A stretch of 32,000 bases of DNA from Candidatus Saccharimonadota bacterium. GTDB taxonomy: Bacteria > Patescibacteriota > Saccharimonadia > Saccharimonadales > UBA4665. Location of the stretch: the NCBI GenBank assembly GCA_016699935.1, contig CP064992.1, positions 570,001 to 602,000 of the forward strand. Direction: 5' to 3'. Within the stretch, counting starts at the first letter, position 1, and the number at the start of each line of letters is the position of its first letter. Positions 7,332 through 17,976 of this stretch are shown one piece after another. The notes below the pieces were generated by a model. The model made no database searches. It was not told where the DNA came from and saw nothing but the letters and a program-made list of their open reading frames with translations. Both the position numbers and the translations under genes were made by a program.

Positions 7332-9399
7332 ATGAAAAGAAAGATCCTCCTCCAAGCATTTGCGGTAATAGCGGGATCCATAATGTGTGCGTTGTTTCTA
7401 GCAGGCGGGACAGCAAATGCTCAGGGTGGGGGTGGTATTGGCTCGGGGGTAGTGGTGGTGGAGGAGGAGCTGGGAACGGCTGGCCACACTCATCCTACGG
7501 TTGGGGTTGGAGGATATATCCCGTAAGTGGCGGCGGACCTTCACGCGGTTTTCACACCGGTAATTGGGCTAGTGTACAAGCGGCTTGCAATGGTTTTAGC
7601 ACGAGCGTAGCCATTTTTGTCATTAATGATTCAGCCGGAAGGCAGATGGGGTACGACTATCATACCGTTTACTATGGGCCACCGCGGTTTAGTGCCTATA
7701 GATATACGAGTCCTTATATTACGGTACCTGCAGCAAAGGCTGCATACGACGCACTTACCGTTAGTAAGGTTGGCTACACTTGGGGGGATAATGTTTCATG
7801 GTTCTGCTATGGACTCATACCACCCAATAATATGGCTACCTTAGACGGTTACAAGATTGAGGATACTGGGGCATGGGCTACAGCAACGAGCGCGGTTAGT
7901 GTCAGTGTTTCAGGTTCAGGATCTGATGGTAACAATCCTTTCTTCTTTACAAACAGCGCTGGCGGCGGCAACTCTATAGATATGGGAAGTGCTACGAGTA
8001 CAACGCGTACTGTATCTATCAGTGGTGTACCGCCTGGCTGGCAGCTTCTGGGGCATAGCATTTGCGAAAATGGGGCGAGTTGTACGTCCGCATGGCTAGC
8101 GAGTAATATCGTGAGTCCGGGAGTGACATCGTTTAACCATACGTTTCGTAGTGGTGCCTCGTACCATATGCGTTGGATGTTTCAACGGATTTCAGCAACG
8201 TGTACGAGCCATACATTCCCGGGTCAAATGGTTGTGGGTGGTGGGAATCAATTTACTGTTTCGATGGGGGTAACACACTGGGGTCCTCCGCTTGTCGTTG
8301 GTAATCCTGCTTTAACTGTTGAGGTGAAGGATCCAAACGGTGTCGTAACAACGAGCACTCCAGGCTACTCGGTTAGTGCCCTACATGATCCGGCCACAAT
8401 TACGAGTAATCCCATAAGTTTTAATTCAACCGTAGCCGGCAGATACGATATGCAGTGGTCACTTGTTGGCAACGGATTAAATGTACTCTGTCCTATTGGT
8501 AACAACGGTAGCTGGATCAATACGATTGACGGTTATGCCGGCTACCGTCCGTTTTTTGATGTCGTAGGCGGCGATATTTTGTCTGGCGATTCCATAAAGG
8601 CATGGAACACCGATACTGGTTCCTACATAGGCGGAGGGACACAGCTTGCCGCAATAGCAACAGGTGATATCCAGAATTTTGTGTCGGGTTTGGCCTGCCC
8701 GGAGGAGCCGCCACGCGTAGCGGGAGCAGCCTCGGTTTCGCAAACACCGGTGCTACTGGCACTACCTACGGGGAGGCTATACTGTAACGCCATTCGTACC
8801 GGAAGTGCCCGCTCAAACACACACGCTTTCGGGTGCTGTGAATCTTGGGAGTCTTGCGACTGACGGGGTTTACTATGCTAATAGCAGCATCAGTCTATCT
8901 GGTACGTTAGCGACTGGCAGGCAAGTGACAATATATGTGTCCTCCGGTAGCGTCTATATAAGTGGCTCTATTTTGTATGGGGCGTACGGTGCAAACATCG
9001 CAGATATTCCGCGTCTTACCGTGTTAGTTGAGGACGGTAACATTTCCGTAGCGAGAACCGTAAGCGAAATGCGGGTATTTTTACGCCGGTGGCAGCGGAG
9101 TGAACGGTAATTTTCAAAGCTGCGCAAGCGCAATCAACACACCCATCACCTTTACGACGGTGAATGCGTACAACTTATGTAATGCGCCCTTGACTGTATA
9201 CGGCGCGGTAAGTGCTAACAAATTAGTCTTAGGCCGGACGTATGGCACGTATCTGGCGAATGTAAATAGCGTGCCCGTGACCTATGCTGAACGGTTTTAT
9301 TACAGTCCGGAGCTGTGGTTGGCAGAAGACGGCGCTGGCACTGCTTCATCTGGTGCCAACAGATATGATTCCTTCGTCGATCTACCTCCAGTTCTATAA
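7332..9399 (+). CDS. Large secreted protein (about 690 aa) with a Gly-rich linker and a beta-rich C-terminal region, directly upstream of pilM.
   Basis: Signal peptide MKRKILLQAFAVIAGSIMCALFLAGGTANA. ORFs 7257-7526, 7385-8863, 8805-9110 and 9100-9399 join if one G is added at each of the runs 7445-7449, 8686-8688, 8770-8773 and 9073-9075. The paralog at 1-858 supports the joined reading. Confidence 0.65.
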
Positions 9400-9464
9400 G
9401 ATGTGGAAAATAGTATGAAAAGTCTTGCAGCATAACATAACGCTCATGCTATAATCGAATTAAC

Positions 9465-10505
9465 ATGAGTATATTGAGTGGGGTATCATCGTTCTTCGGA
9501 CTCGACATCGGAACCACGGGCATCCGTATTGTTGAGCTGCGTGGCTCTGGGCCGACCAGAAGCCTCGTCAAATATGCGTATGTGCCGATTGATGTGAAAA
9601 TGGCGCAAAGCGATAGCAAGGCTGACCAACAAAAACTCGCGCAAGTACTATCGAACCTCATTACTGAGGCGCGGCTGTCAACGCGTAATGTCGCAGTCGG
9701 CTTGTCGAGTAGCCGTGTTTTTACGACCGTTATTGATTTCGATCGTATTCCACAGGGAGAAATGGGCAAAGCCATTTCGTACCAGGCGGAGTCGCTCATA
9801 CCGACGCCGCCCGCTGAAAGCAAGATAGACTGGTCAATTATTGGTGACTCACCGAAGGATAAAACTAAAGTTGAGATCTTGCTCAGTAGTGTGAGCGATA
9901 ACTATGTCGAGCAACGACTTGATATGATAGAGTCCATTGGGCTAAATGTTATTGCCTTTGAACCAGACAATCTTGCCCTGACTCGTTCGCTTGTGCCCGC
10001 CGGCACAACAGCGCCACAGCTTATCATAGACATGGGTCAACTTAGTACTGACCTTGTTATTACGATGGCGGATGCACCACGTTTGACCCGATCAATACCG
10101 ACAGGCGTAGAAGCGGTGATTCGATCGGCCACGCAGAACCTGAATATCGACGATAAGCAAGCACAGCAGTTTGTGTATAAGTTTGGCGTGAGCAAAGACA
10201 AGCTCGAAGGCCAGGTGTACCAGGCTATCATCGCAACCGTAGATCTGCTGGTGAGCGAAATTGATAAATCTGTTAAGTTTTTCCAAACTCGCTACCCCGA
10301 AACACCTATCGAGCGCATGATTGTCACTGGCGGCGCATCGGCCATACCTGAGTTTCCGCTGTACCTGGCAAATAAGTTTGGGGTTAATGTCGAGATTGGC
10401 AACGCGTGGCGCAATGTGGCTTTTGCATCAGATAGACAAAACGAGCTTCTCGCTGTTTCTAACCAGTTTAGCGTTGCCGTCGGACTTGCGGAAAGGAACG
10501 AATAA
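9465..10505 (+). CDS. pilM: Type IV pilus assembly ATPase-fold protein PilM.
   Basis: 346 aa with an actin-like N-terminus FGLDIGTTGIRIVEL. First gene of the pilMNO order. Confidence 0.8.
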   Translation: MSILSGVSSFFGLDIGTTGIRIVELRGSGPTRSLVKYAYVPIDVKMAQSDSKADQQKLAQVLSNLITEARLSTRNVAVGLSSSRVFTTVIDFDRIPQGEMGKAISYQAESLIPTPPAESKIDWSIIGDSPKDKTKVEILLSSVSDNYVEQRLDMIESIGLNVIAFEPDNLALTRSLVPAGTTAPQLIIDMGQLSTDLVITMADAPRLTRSIPTGVEAVIRSATQNLNIDDKQAQQFVYKFGVSKDKLEGQVYQAIIATVDLLVSEIDKSVKFFQTRYPETPIERMIVTGGASAIPEFPLYLANKFGVNVEIGNAWRNVAFASDRQNELLAVSNQFSVAVGLAERNE

Positions 10506-11269
10506 TGGTGCAGTTTAACCTTCTACCAGACATAAAGCTTGAATTTGTAAAAGCTCGGCGCATGAAATACCTGATGTCGTTTGTCTCATTCATTGTGGGG
10601 GGCGCTGCGATTACGGCGCTGTTGTTTGCCTTCTTCTTTGTTAATGTTATTCAAAAAAAGAGCCTCAATGACTTACAATCTGACATAAAAACCTATAGCA
10701 ACGATCTAAAGAATACAAAAAATCTGGACAAGATTCTCACGGTGCAAAATCAGCTCGGTGCGCTCACATCGGTTAATAATAAACCAGGGCTTCATGAGCA
10801 AAAACCAGTCGGAAGCCGATTATTTGGCTACCTGACGCAAGTCACACCAGACAAAGCAAGTCTCACGAAGCTAACGGTCGATTTTTCTCAAACAACGATG
10901 TCTATTGGTGGCAAGGCGCCGACACTTGACGTCGTCAGTGTGTACACTGATACGCTGAAGGCTACGGGCTATAAGATTGGTCCAGATGTACAGCCTAAAT
11001 CAATAACTGACGTGTGCCCAAATATTGACGGCAACCAACTGGCTTTACCAGATCGGATGATTCTCGATAAAGATGCAAACTGCGTCATGCCGCCCAAAGC
11101 GTTTAGTGAGGTCGTCTTGAGTCAGTTTGGCCGCGATGATAAGGGAGCGACTTTTACCATTACGCTCAAGTACAATGCCGATATCTTTGATGATACCAAA
11201 CAGGTTCAAATTGTCGTGCCGTCAGGTCTTCAGACGAACCAAACTAATTTATTCGAGGCGGGGATTTAA
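10505..11269 (+). CDS. pilN: PilN-like pilus assembly protein.
   Basis: FNLLP motif followed by a single TM segment. Its start overlaps the pilM stop (TAATG). Confidence 0.65.
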   Translation: MVQFNLLPDIKLEFVKARRMKYLMSFVSFIVGGAAITALLFAFFFVNVIQKKSLNDLQSDIKTYSNDLKNTKNLDKILTVQNQLGALTSVNNKPGLHEQKPVGSRLFGYLTQVTPDKASLTKLTVDFSQTTMSIGGKAPTLDVVSVYTDTLKATGYKIGPDVQPKSITDVCPNIDGNQLALPDRMILDKDANCVMPPKAFSEVVLSQFGRDDKGATFTITLKYNADIFDDTKQVQIVVPSGLQTNQTNLFEAGI

Positions 11270-11270
11270 T

Positions 11271-11941
11271 ATGGCAGACATACAGTTGTCAAAGAGGAAG
11301 CTGATTGATAAAGCGAACACAACGGTTGTTATTGTTGTGAGTACTGCAGCTTTCTTGCTTGTGTTTTCGGCTGTCGCTACAAAACGCTTATTAGCCAAGC
11401 TGGCTATCAAAACCGTGTTATATCCGAAAAGCGCAAAGCACGTGATCAGCTTACTGCCGATAAAGCAGCCGTGAAGGAATTAAAGAAATCATACGAAGCG
11501 TTCAACAATACCGCTATAAATATTTTAGAGGGTAACCCTGCTGGCACTGGTCAGAAAGATGGTAACAACGCAAAAATTGTACTCGATGCTTTGCCAAGCA
11601 CCTATGATTTTCCGGCACTAGCAACGAGTCTAGAGGCGCTTGTGGTGAGCCAAAACTTGAAGATCAACAGCATAACAGGTACTGACGATGAAGTTATCCA
11701 AGCACAAAATAGAACAAGCACTAACCCTCAGCCAATTTCAATCCCATTCGATCTATCGGTTTCATCGAATTACGATGGAGTGAAGAATGTTATTGGAGCT
11801 TTTGAAAAATCGATCCGGCCGATTCAACTGAAAACGCTTGATATCTCGGGCGATAAAGACGAATTGACGTTGGTTATTGGTGCTCAAACGTATTTCCAGC
11901 CAGCTAAATCCCTGAACATCTCAACAAAGGTGGTCCAATGA
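11271..11941 (+). CDS. pilO: PilO-like pilus assembly protein.
   Basis: N-terminal TM segment followed by a coiled region. ORFs 11127-11474 and 11471-11941 join if the A-run 11381-11384 is one A longer (..AVATKTLISQAGYQNRVISEKRKARDQL..). Confidence 0.55.
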
Positions 11942-12186
11942 AACAAAAAGACCTCAGTATCATTATTGTCGTAGCTTTCTTGAGTGCGATTGTTTCTTTT
12001 CTGATTTCAAATAAGCTATTTGTTACTGCTGAAAATCGCCAGCAGAAGGTAGAAGTAGTCGACGTTATCGTGGCTGACTTTAACGAGCCGAGCAAGCGCT
12101 ATTTTAATGCCGAAAGCATCAATCCAACGCAGAACAGTCAGCTGAACAGCACTAACCAAACGCCATTTAACGCGTCCACGCAGTAG
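11938..12186 (+). CDS. Small single-pass membrane protein in the pilus operon.
   Basis: 82 aa with TM segment IIIVVAFLSAIVSFLI. Its start overlaps the previous stop (ATGA). Confidence 0.45.
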   Translation: MKQKDLSIIIVVAFLSAIVSFLISNKLFVTAENRQQKVEVVDVIVADFNEPSKRYFNAESINPTQNSQLNSTNQTPFNASTQ

Positions 12187-12195
12187 GGGACGCCT

Positions 12196-13997
12196 GTGAG
12201 CGTCCTTTCAGCTACCGAACAGACGCAAGTCGAAGATAAACTCGTTGAGGATGCAGTGCTCACCCGGGCTGATTTGGCGGAGTTCAAAAAACAATCAAAA
12301 GATACAAGCACTCCTCTATTCGGGCTGCTTGTTATGAGCGGGAAGGTTACGAACGAACAGCTCACGAAAACCATCGCACACGTTTCGAAAATCCCATATG
12401 TGAATCTCCTTGAGGCTAGGATAGATGCGAAAGTGCTTGAGATGCTACCGCAGGATATCGCAGAGCGGTATATGGCTGTGCCGCTTGGAGAAATACAGCA
12501 CAGGCTCGTCGTGGCTATGCTAGAGGCCGATAACGTCAGGCGGTAGATTTCTTGAGTAACCGTATCGGTCGGCCACTGAAGGTCTACGCAGCAAGCGAGG
12601 AAGGCATCCGTCAAGTTCTGCACAATACTCAGCCAGGCTCTCCGACAATCTGGTGAATGAAATCGGTAGGATGGGTGATGATCTAAAAGTAGATACGGCG
12701 GTACAGGACGAACAAAAAGCCCAAAAAGGCTGCCGAAAATATCACCTCTATCGTCCAAGACTCCCCGATTAGTAAGGCTCTATCGACCATTCTTGAATAC
12801 GCTGCAAAAAACCGGGCTAGCGATATTCATATCGAACCTCTCAAGGGAAGTCTCAAGATACGCTGCCGGATCGATGGTATCTTGCGAGAGATCATGAACC
12901 TCCCGAAAAGTACGGAGCCACCCCTCGTTTCGCGCATAAAGATACTGTCGAACCTTAAGATTGATGAACACCGCGTGCCGCAAGACGGTGAGTTTACGAT
13001 TAGTGTTGGCGGTAAGGACATCGACCTGCGCATATCCATCAGTCCTGTGATATGGGGTGAGCAGGTTGTCATTCGTCTGCTTGACAAAAGCGGTACGAGT
13101 CTCAAGCTTGAGGACATGGGGTACCACGGGCGCAGTTTGCGAACAATCCGAAACGGCTTGGAGCGCACTAACGGTATGATTCTTACGTCAGGCCCAACCG
13201 GATCAGGTAAATCAACAAGCCTCTACGCACTCTTACAAGAAGTGAAGAACGATGGGGTCAATATTGTCACGCTTGAAGACCCGGTTGAATACAAGATGGA
13301 CGGTATTAACCAAATACAAGTCAACGCTGACGTCGGGCTGACGTTTAGTGGCGGTTTGCGTTCTATACTACGACAAGATCCTGACATCGTCATGGTGGGA
13401 GAGATCCGCGATAAAGAGACGGCCGAACTCGCTGTGCAAGCAAGTCTGACCGGTCACCTAGTCTTCAGTACGCTACACACAAACAGCGCCGCAGGCATTT
13501 TACCTCGACTTCTCGACATGGGTGTCGAACCATTTCTTATCGCGAGCACAGTACATGTCGTCATTGGTCAGCGACTTGTAAGGCGGATCGGTAATAGCAG
13601 CGAACAGTATCAATCTAGCGCCGTCGAGACGGTGGCAATCAAGGAGGCTCTGAAGGGTCTGTTACCGCCGGACGCAGAACACATGGCTGCGGTTGCCCAA
13701 GATTTAGGCTACGAGAGCTTGCCTTTAGCAACTGATAGCGCTTATACTTTAACCAAGGGCAAAGACAGCCCCGGTTCCCCAGGTGGCTACAAGGGCCGAA
13801 TGGGGTTGTACGAAGTGTTCGAGGTGAGCGAAACAATCCAACAGCTTATCTTGAAACGAGCCACGAGCTCTGAGATCCAAGCTCAGGCTGAACGTGAAGG
13901 AATGGTTACCATGCGTGCGGATGGTTTTCTGAAGGCGCTGGCAGGCCAAACCACCGTCCAAGAGATAAATCGTGTGGCATCAGCAGATAGCGCTTAG
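12196..13997 (+). CDS. pilB: Pilus extension ATPase PilB (GspE family).
   Basis: T2SSE N-domain-like start. Walker [10 protein letters not shown], then ..LRQDPDIVMVGEIRD..TGHLVFSTLHTN. Several frame breaks between 12540 and 12880. Confidence 0.85.
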
Positions 13998-14135
13998 ATT
14001 AGAACTAAGACTTTAAGAGATATGAGATAAGAAAGAGGGCGGGAAAATGAGAAGCAGAAACAGACTAGAGCAGAGCAATCAGAACACAGAGAATTCACGC
14101 TTTTCTCTAATTTTGAAGCTGAAAGGAGCCAAGTG

Positions 14136-15202
14136 ATGTCTGGTCAACCACGGATTGAAATACTTCTTGAAGAAGTCGTGAAAAAAAAGGCTTCTGACCT
14201 ACATCTTCAGGTTGGCCTACCGCCGATGCTTCGTGTGGATGGTGCGCTTGTGCCCGTTGCGGCAGCAGACATTCTTACCGAGGAAACTGTTGAAACCCTC
14301 ATTTTTGCCATTCTAGATGAAGACCAGAAACAAATATTGCTGAAAGATAAAGAATTTGACTTTAGTTTTGCTTTTGGAGATCTTGGCCGTTTTCGTGTCA
14401 ATGCGTTTCATGAGCGTGGCAATCTAGCCGCTGCCTTGCGCCTCATTCCCAATGAAATGCTGACCATTGAACAGCTCGGCCTTCCTCAGATTGTTGCAAA
14501 GTTTGCAGAGTACCCACGTGGCCTTGTTCTTGTGACTGGCCCGACTGGCTCAGGTAAATCCACTAGTCTAGCGGCACTTATCCATAAAATAAATATGGAA
14601 CAGGGTAAGCACATTATTACCATTGAAGACCCAATTGAGTATACGCACAGGAGTAAAAATCGATCATTGTGCAGCGTGAGGTTCACTACGATACATACTC
14701 ATTTAGTGCGGCGCTTCGTAGCAGTCTTCGCGAAGACCCAGATGTCGTACTCATCGGTGAGATGCGCGATCTTGAAACTATCGCCAGTGCTATTACTATC
14801 GCCGAAACAGGCCACCTCGTGTTCGCGACGCTGCATACAAATAGCGCGGCACAGAGTATCGACCGTATGGTCGATGTCTTCCCGCCTCACCAACAGCCAC
14901 AAATCCGCGCTCAACTCTCAAACATCCTTATGGCAATTTGTTCGCAGCGGCTTGTTCCGTCTATAGGTGGCGGGCGGATTGCGGCAGCCGAAATTTTGAT
15001 AGCAACACCTGCGGTGCGAAATATCATCCGAGAAGGTAAAACCCACCAGCTTGATGCGGTTATCCAGACCGGTGGAGAGTTTGGGATGCAGAGCATGGAC
15101 AAGCAACTCGTTCAGCTTATACATTCCGGTACCATCAGTTACGACGAAGCACGCAACTATGCCATAGACATCGATGAACTAGACAGGTTAATGAGGGACT
15201 AA
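14136..15202 (+). CDS. pilT: Pilus retraction ATPase PilT.
   Basis: AAAGGAG 7 nt before the [45 protein letters not shown]. Frame break at the A-run 14655-14659. Confidence 0.85.
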
Positions 15203-15208
15203 TAATGA

Positions 15209-15289
15209 GAGTCAAGAGTCAAGAGTCAAGAGTCAAGAATTCGTGCCTCAGAGACGGTATCCTCATTCTTCATTCTTCACTCTTCATTC
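15209..15289. repeat. Two heptanucleotide arrays between pilT and pilC.
   Basis: GAGTCAA x4 (15209-15236). CTCATTC/TTCATTC/TTCACTC x4 (15262-15289), which is the reverse complement of the GAATGAA family at 6276-6303. Confidence 0.9.
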
Positions 15290-15311
15290 AGCGACCGAAT
15301 GGAGCTACGCC

Positions 15312-16519
15312 ATGCTAAATTACAGCTATACAGCTCGCAACCCACAGACCGGCAAGCAGGTGAAAGCAACTGTGCAGGCAGACAGTGAGTATGCCGCAGC
15401 GAAACTGATTAGTGCGCAGGGGCTTGTGGCGACAGACGTCATTATGCAGGGTGAAAAGGGTGGTTTTGGGTTCAAGAGCAAGGTAAAAGCGAAAGACAGA
15501 GTGTTGTTTAGCCGTCAACTCAGTACGCTCATTAACGCTGGTCTACCCCTTTTGCAGGCGCTCAGAAGTGTGGCCAACCAAACAACTAGCAAGCCGTTTA
15601 AGATTATACTGAGTCAAGTGATTAGTGATGTTGAAGGCGGTGGTACTCTGGCCAATGCCATGGGTAAACACCCCGTGTTTTCAACCAGGTATACCTAAGC
15701 TTGATTTCGGCCGGTGAATCATCTGGTACGCTTGACCAGGCACTTGACCGTCTGGCGATACAGCAGGAGAAAGAAGCTGACCTAAACAGTAAAATCCGGG
15801 GTGCAATGATATATCCACTTGTCGTTGTTGTCGTGATGACAGTAGTTGTTGGGTTTATGGTTGTGAAGGTACTTCCACAGGTTGAGGTTATGTATCAAGG
15901 TATGAAAAATGCAAAGCTACCTTTCATTACCCAGATGCTTCTAGGGTTGTCGCACTTTATTATTGATTTTGGTGGATTGTTATATTGATAGTGGGATTTG
16001 GAGTTTTCTTTACGACCAGGTGGGCACGCACCGGACCGGGTAAAGTTATTGACCAATGGAAGATGAAGGCATGGCCCATCGGTCCACTTTTCATGAAAGT
16101 ATACATGGCACGTTTGCGCGAACTGGCACAACGCTGGTTTCTAGCGGTGTGCCGCTGCTACAAATGCTTAGTATTACCGGCAAGGCTGTAAACAACGTGC
16201 ATATAGAAAGAGCTATTATGCGGGCAGCAGATAAGGTTAAAGGTGGAAAAAGTCTGGCGGATAGTATCGATAATGATTTGCATTTCTTGCCGCTAGTACC
16301 AAATATGGTTCGGATAGGCGAACAGTCGGGCTCTATCGAACAAATGTTGGCCAAAGGTAGCCGATTATTATGAAAAAAGTTGATACCGAGGTAGAAAACA
16401 TTTCAAGTATCATTGAGCCTGTGATGATGGTGATGCTTGGAGTTGTTGCTTTTATAATAGTTGCCGCAGTCTTGCTGCCAATTTACAGCCTCGCTGGCAA
16501 TAGCAGCCTTGGTGGATAA
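15312..16519 (+). CDS. pilC: Pilus platform protein PilC (GspF family).
   Basis: FSRQLSTLINAGLPLLQAL, ..ISAGESSGTLDQAL.., ..VRIGEQSGSIEQML.., C-terminal ..LLPIYSLAGNSSLGG*. Four or more frame breaks. Confidence 0.8.
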
Positions 16520-16563
16520 ATTGTAAGAAATATTACTATTTTCAATAAAGTGAATAATAACGC

Positions 16564-16592
16564 TTGCATTTATAGGATAACCGCCGTATATT
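16564..16592 (+). promoter_or_regulatory. Candidate sigma70-type promoter of the major pilin gene.
   Basis: TTGCAT, 17 nt, TATATT. Confidence 0.5.
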
Positions 16593-16635
16593 TGTAACCA
16601 TAAGCATAAACTTAAGAGCAAAGGGCACTTGCACT

Positions 16636-17070
16636 ATGCGAAAGACACTACAACAACGTAAAGAATCTGGCTTCACCATTATTGAAGTTTTGATTGTGCT
16701 GGCTATCGCCGGTTTAATCATGCTTATCGTTTTCCTTGCCGTACCAACCCTACAACGCAACGCGCGTAACAATGCACGTAATAGCGAAGCTTCTCGTATA
16801 TCAGCATTAATCACCGACTGCTTGGCCAATCGTAATGGCGTGACAGCTAGTTGCCAATCCGATGCAAATACGGGTTACACCGCCGGAGACTTTCAGCAGT
16901 TAACCGCGCTGACCTATGGCGCCGGTGCGGGTAGCACTACTGCTGCAACTGTTCAGTACGCAGTGAAATGTAACGTAGACGGGTCGGGTACTGCCGCTGG
17001 CTCTGCTCGTGACTTTGCAGTCCGCTATGTTCGCGAACCAGCCATCGCTCGCTGCATAGGTTCACAGTAG
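16636..17070 (+). CDS. pilA: Major type IV pilin.
   Basis: Prepilin leader MRKTLQQRKESG|FTIIEVLIVLAIAGLIMLIVF with Glu at +5. Two Cys pairs in the C-terminal region. Confidence 0.85.
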   Translation: MRKTLQQRKESGFTIIEVLIVLAIAGLIMLIVFLAVPTLQRNARNNARNSEASRISALITDCLANRNGVTASCQSDANTGYTAGDFQQLTALTYGAGAGSTTAATVQYAVKCNVDGSGTAAGSARDFAVRYVREPAIARCIGSQ

Positions 17071-17091
17071 ACCTGAACAATGTCAACGACA

Positions 17092-17122
17092 AACGGAGCC
17101 TTCGTGGCTCCGTTTTCGATTT
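17092..17122 (+). terminator. Intrinsic terminator or attenuator after the pilin gene.
   Basis: AACGGAGCC-TTCGT-GGCTCCGTT followed by TTCGATTT. Confidence 0.6.
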
Positions 17123-17148
17123 ACAAACTTAGTGATACCATAATTACA

Positions 17149-17967
17149 ATGATTATAGTCATACTCCTCTACGGGTTAATATGTGGTAGTTTTGTGAATG
17201 CGCTTGTGTGGCGGCTGCGGCAGCAGGGCAAAGGGCAAAGGGCAAAGGACAAAGGGCAAAGCCTATCCATACTGCGTGGAAGAAGTATGTGTCCAGACTG
17301 TCGTCATACGCTTGCTGCGAGAGACCTTGTACCGGTACTGAGCTGGCTTAGCCTGCGCGGTCGGTGTCGATACTGCCAGAAACCCATATCTGTACAGTAC
17401 CCGCTCGTAGAGCTGCTCACCGGCTTGCTTTTTGTTGTATTTTACCTGGGATGGACATTATCTCTCAGTGGACTTCACCTGATTTGGTTTCTGTATGGTC
17501 TGGTGTATGTAGTCTTCTTTGTCGCACTGGCTGTGTATGACTTCAAGTGGTTCTTGCTTCCCGACAAGCTAGTCTTTCCACTCATAGGGGTAGCGGCAAG
17601 CCAGGTGCTGGTGACGAGCCTGTGGCAGCAAAGCCTTGGCGTGCTGTGGATGTCTGCGGTAGGTGCGGGGCTGTATTTCGGGCTATTTTGGGGGCTTTAC
17701 CAGGCGTCAGACGGAAAGTGGATAGGCGGTGGGGACGTAAAGCTTGCGCTTGCCCTTGGCCTGATAGCAGGGTCGCCCCTGAAGGTTATGCTTGCGCTGT
17801 TTATTGCCTCGCTCATTGGAACACTCGTAAGCATACCGCAGATTGCAGGCGGTAAACATGGACTGAAGCAGCATATTCCGTTTGGACCGTATCTGCTAGC
17901 CGGTACATTTGTGGTGATGGTGTGGGGTGAGCGATTGGTTAACTGGTACACAGGTCAATTTCTGTAG
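17149..17967 (+). CDS. pilD: Prepilin peptidase / N-methyltransferase PilD.
   Basis: GSFVNALVWRL, CPDC..RYC Cys motifs, LVELLTG, GGGDVKL. The start at 17149 is preferred over 17080 because the terminator hairpin lies inside the longer ORF. Confidence 0.85.
   Translation: MIIVILLYGLICGSFVNALVWRLRQQGKGQRAKDKGQSLSILRGRSMCPDCRHTLAARDLVPVLSWLSLRGRCRYCQKPISVQYPLVELLTGLLFVVFYLGWTLSLSGLHLIWFLYGLVYVVFFVALAVYDFKWFLLPDKLVFPLIGVAASQVLVTSLWQQSLGVLWMSAVGAGLYFGLFWGLYQASDGKWIGGGDVKLALALGLIAGSPLKVMLALFIASLIGTLVSIPQIAGGKHGLKQHIPFGPYLLAGTFVVMVWGERLVNWYTGQFL
17226..17260 (+). repeat. Heptanucleotide tract inside the pilD coding sequence.
   Basis: GGGCAAA GGGCAAA GGGCAAA GGACAAA GGGCAAA (35 nt), encoding ..QGKGQRAKDKGQ.. 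Confidence 0.95.
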
Positions 17968-17976
17968 GATTTCTTA

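Noticed and set aside
1-9399. A diversity-generating retroelement (template/variable repeat pair) to explain the two similar C-terminal regions at 1-858 and 8540-9399.
   Set aside because: No reverse transcriptase ORF is present. The differences are spread over all four bases and include indels, as expected for ordinary paralogs.
12196-16519. Programmed frameshifting or genuine pseudogenisation of pilB, pilT and pilC.
   Set aside because: The breaks sit at plain homopolymer runs without slippery-site or pseudoknot context. They occur in nearly every gene, and one occurs in a tRNA, so sequencing error is the simpler explanation.
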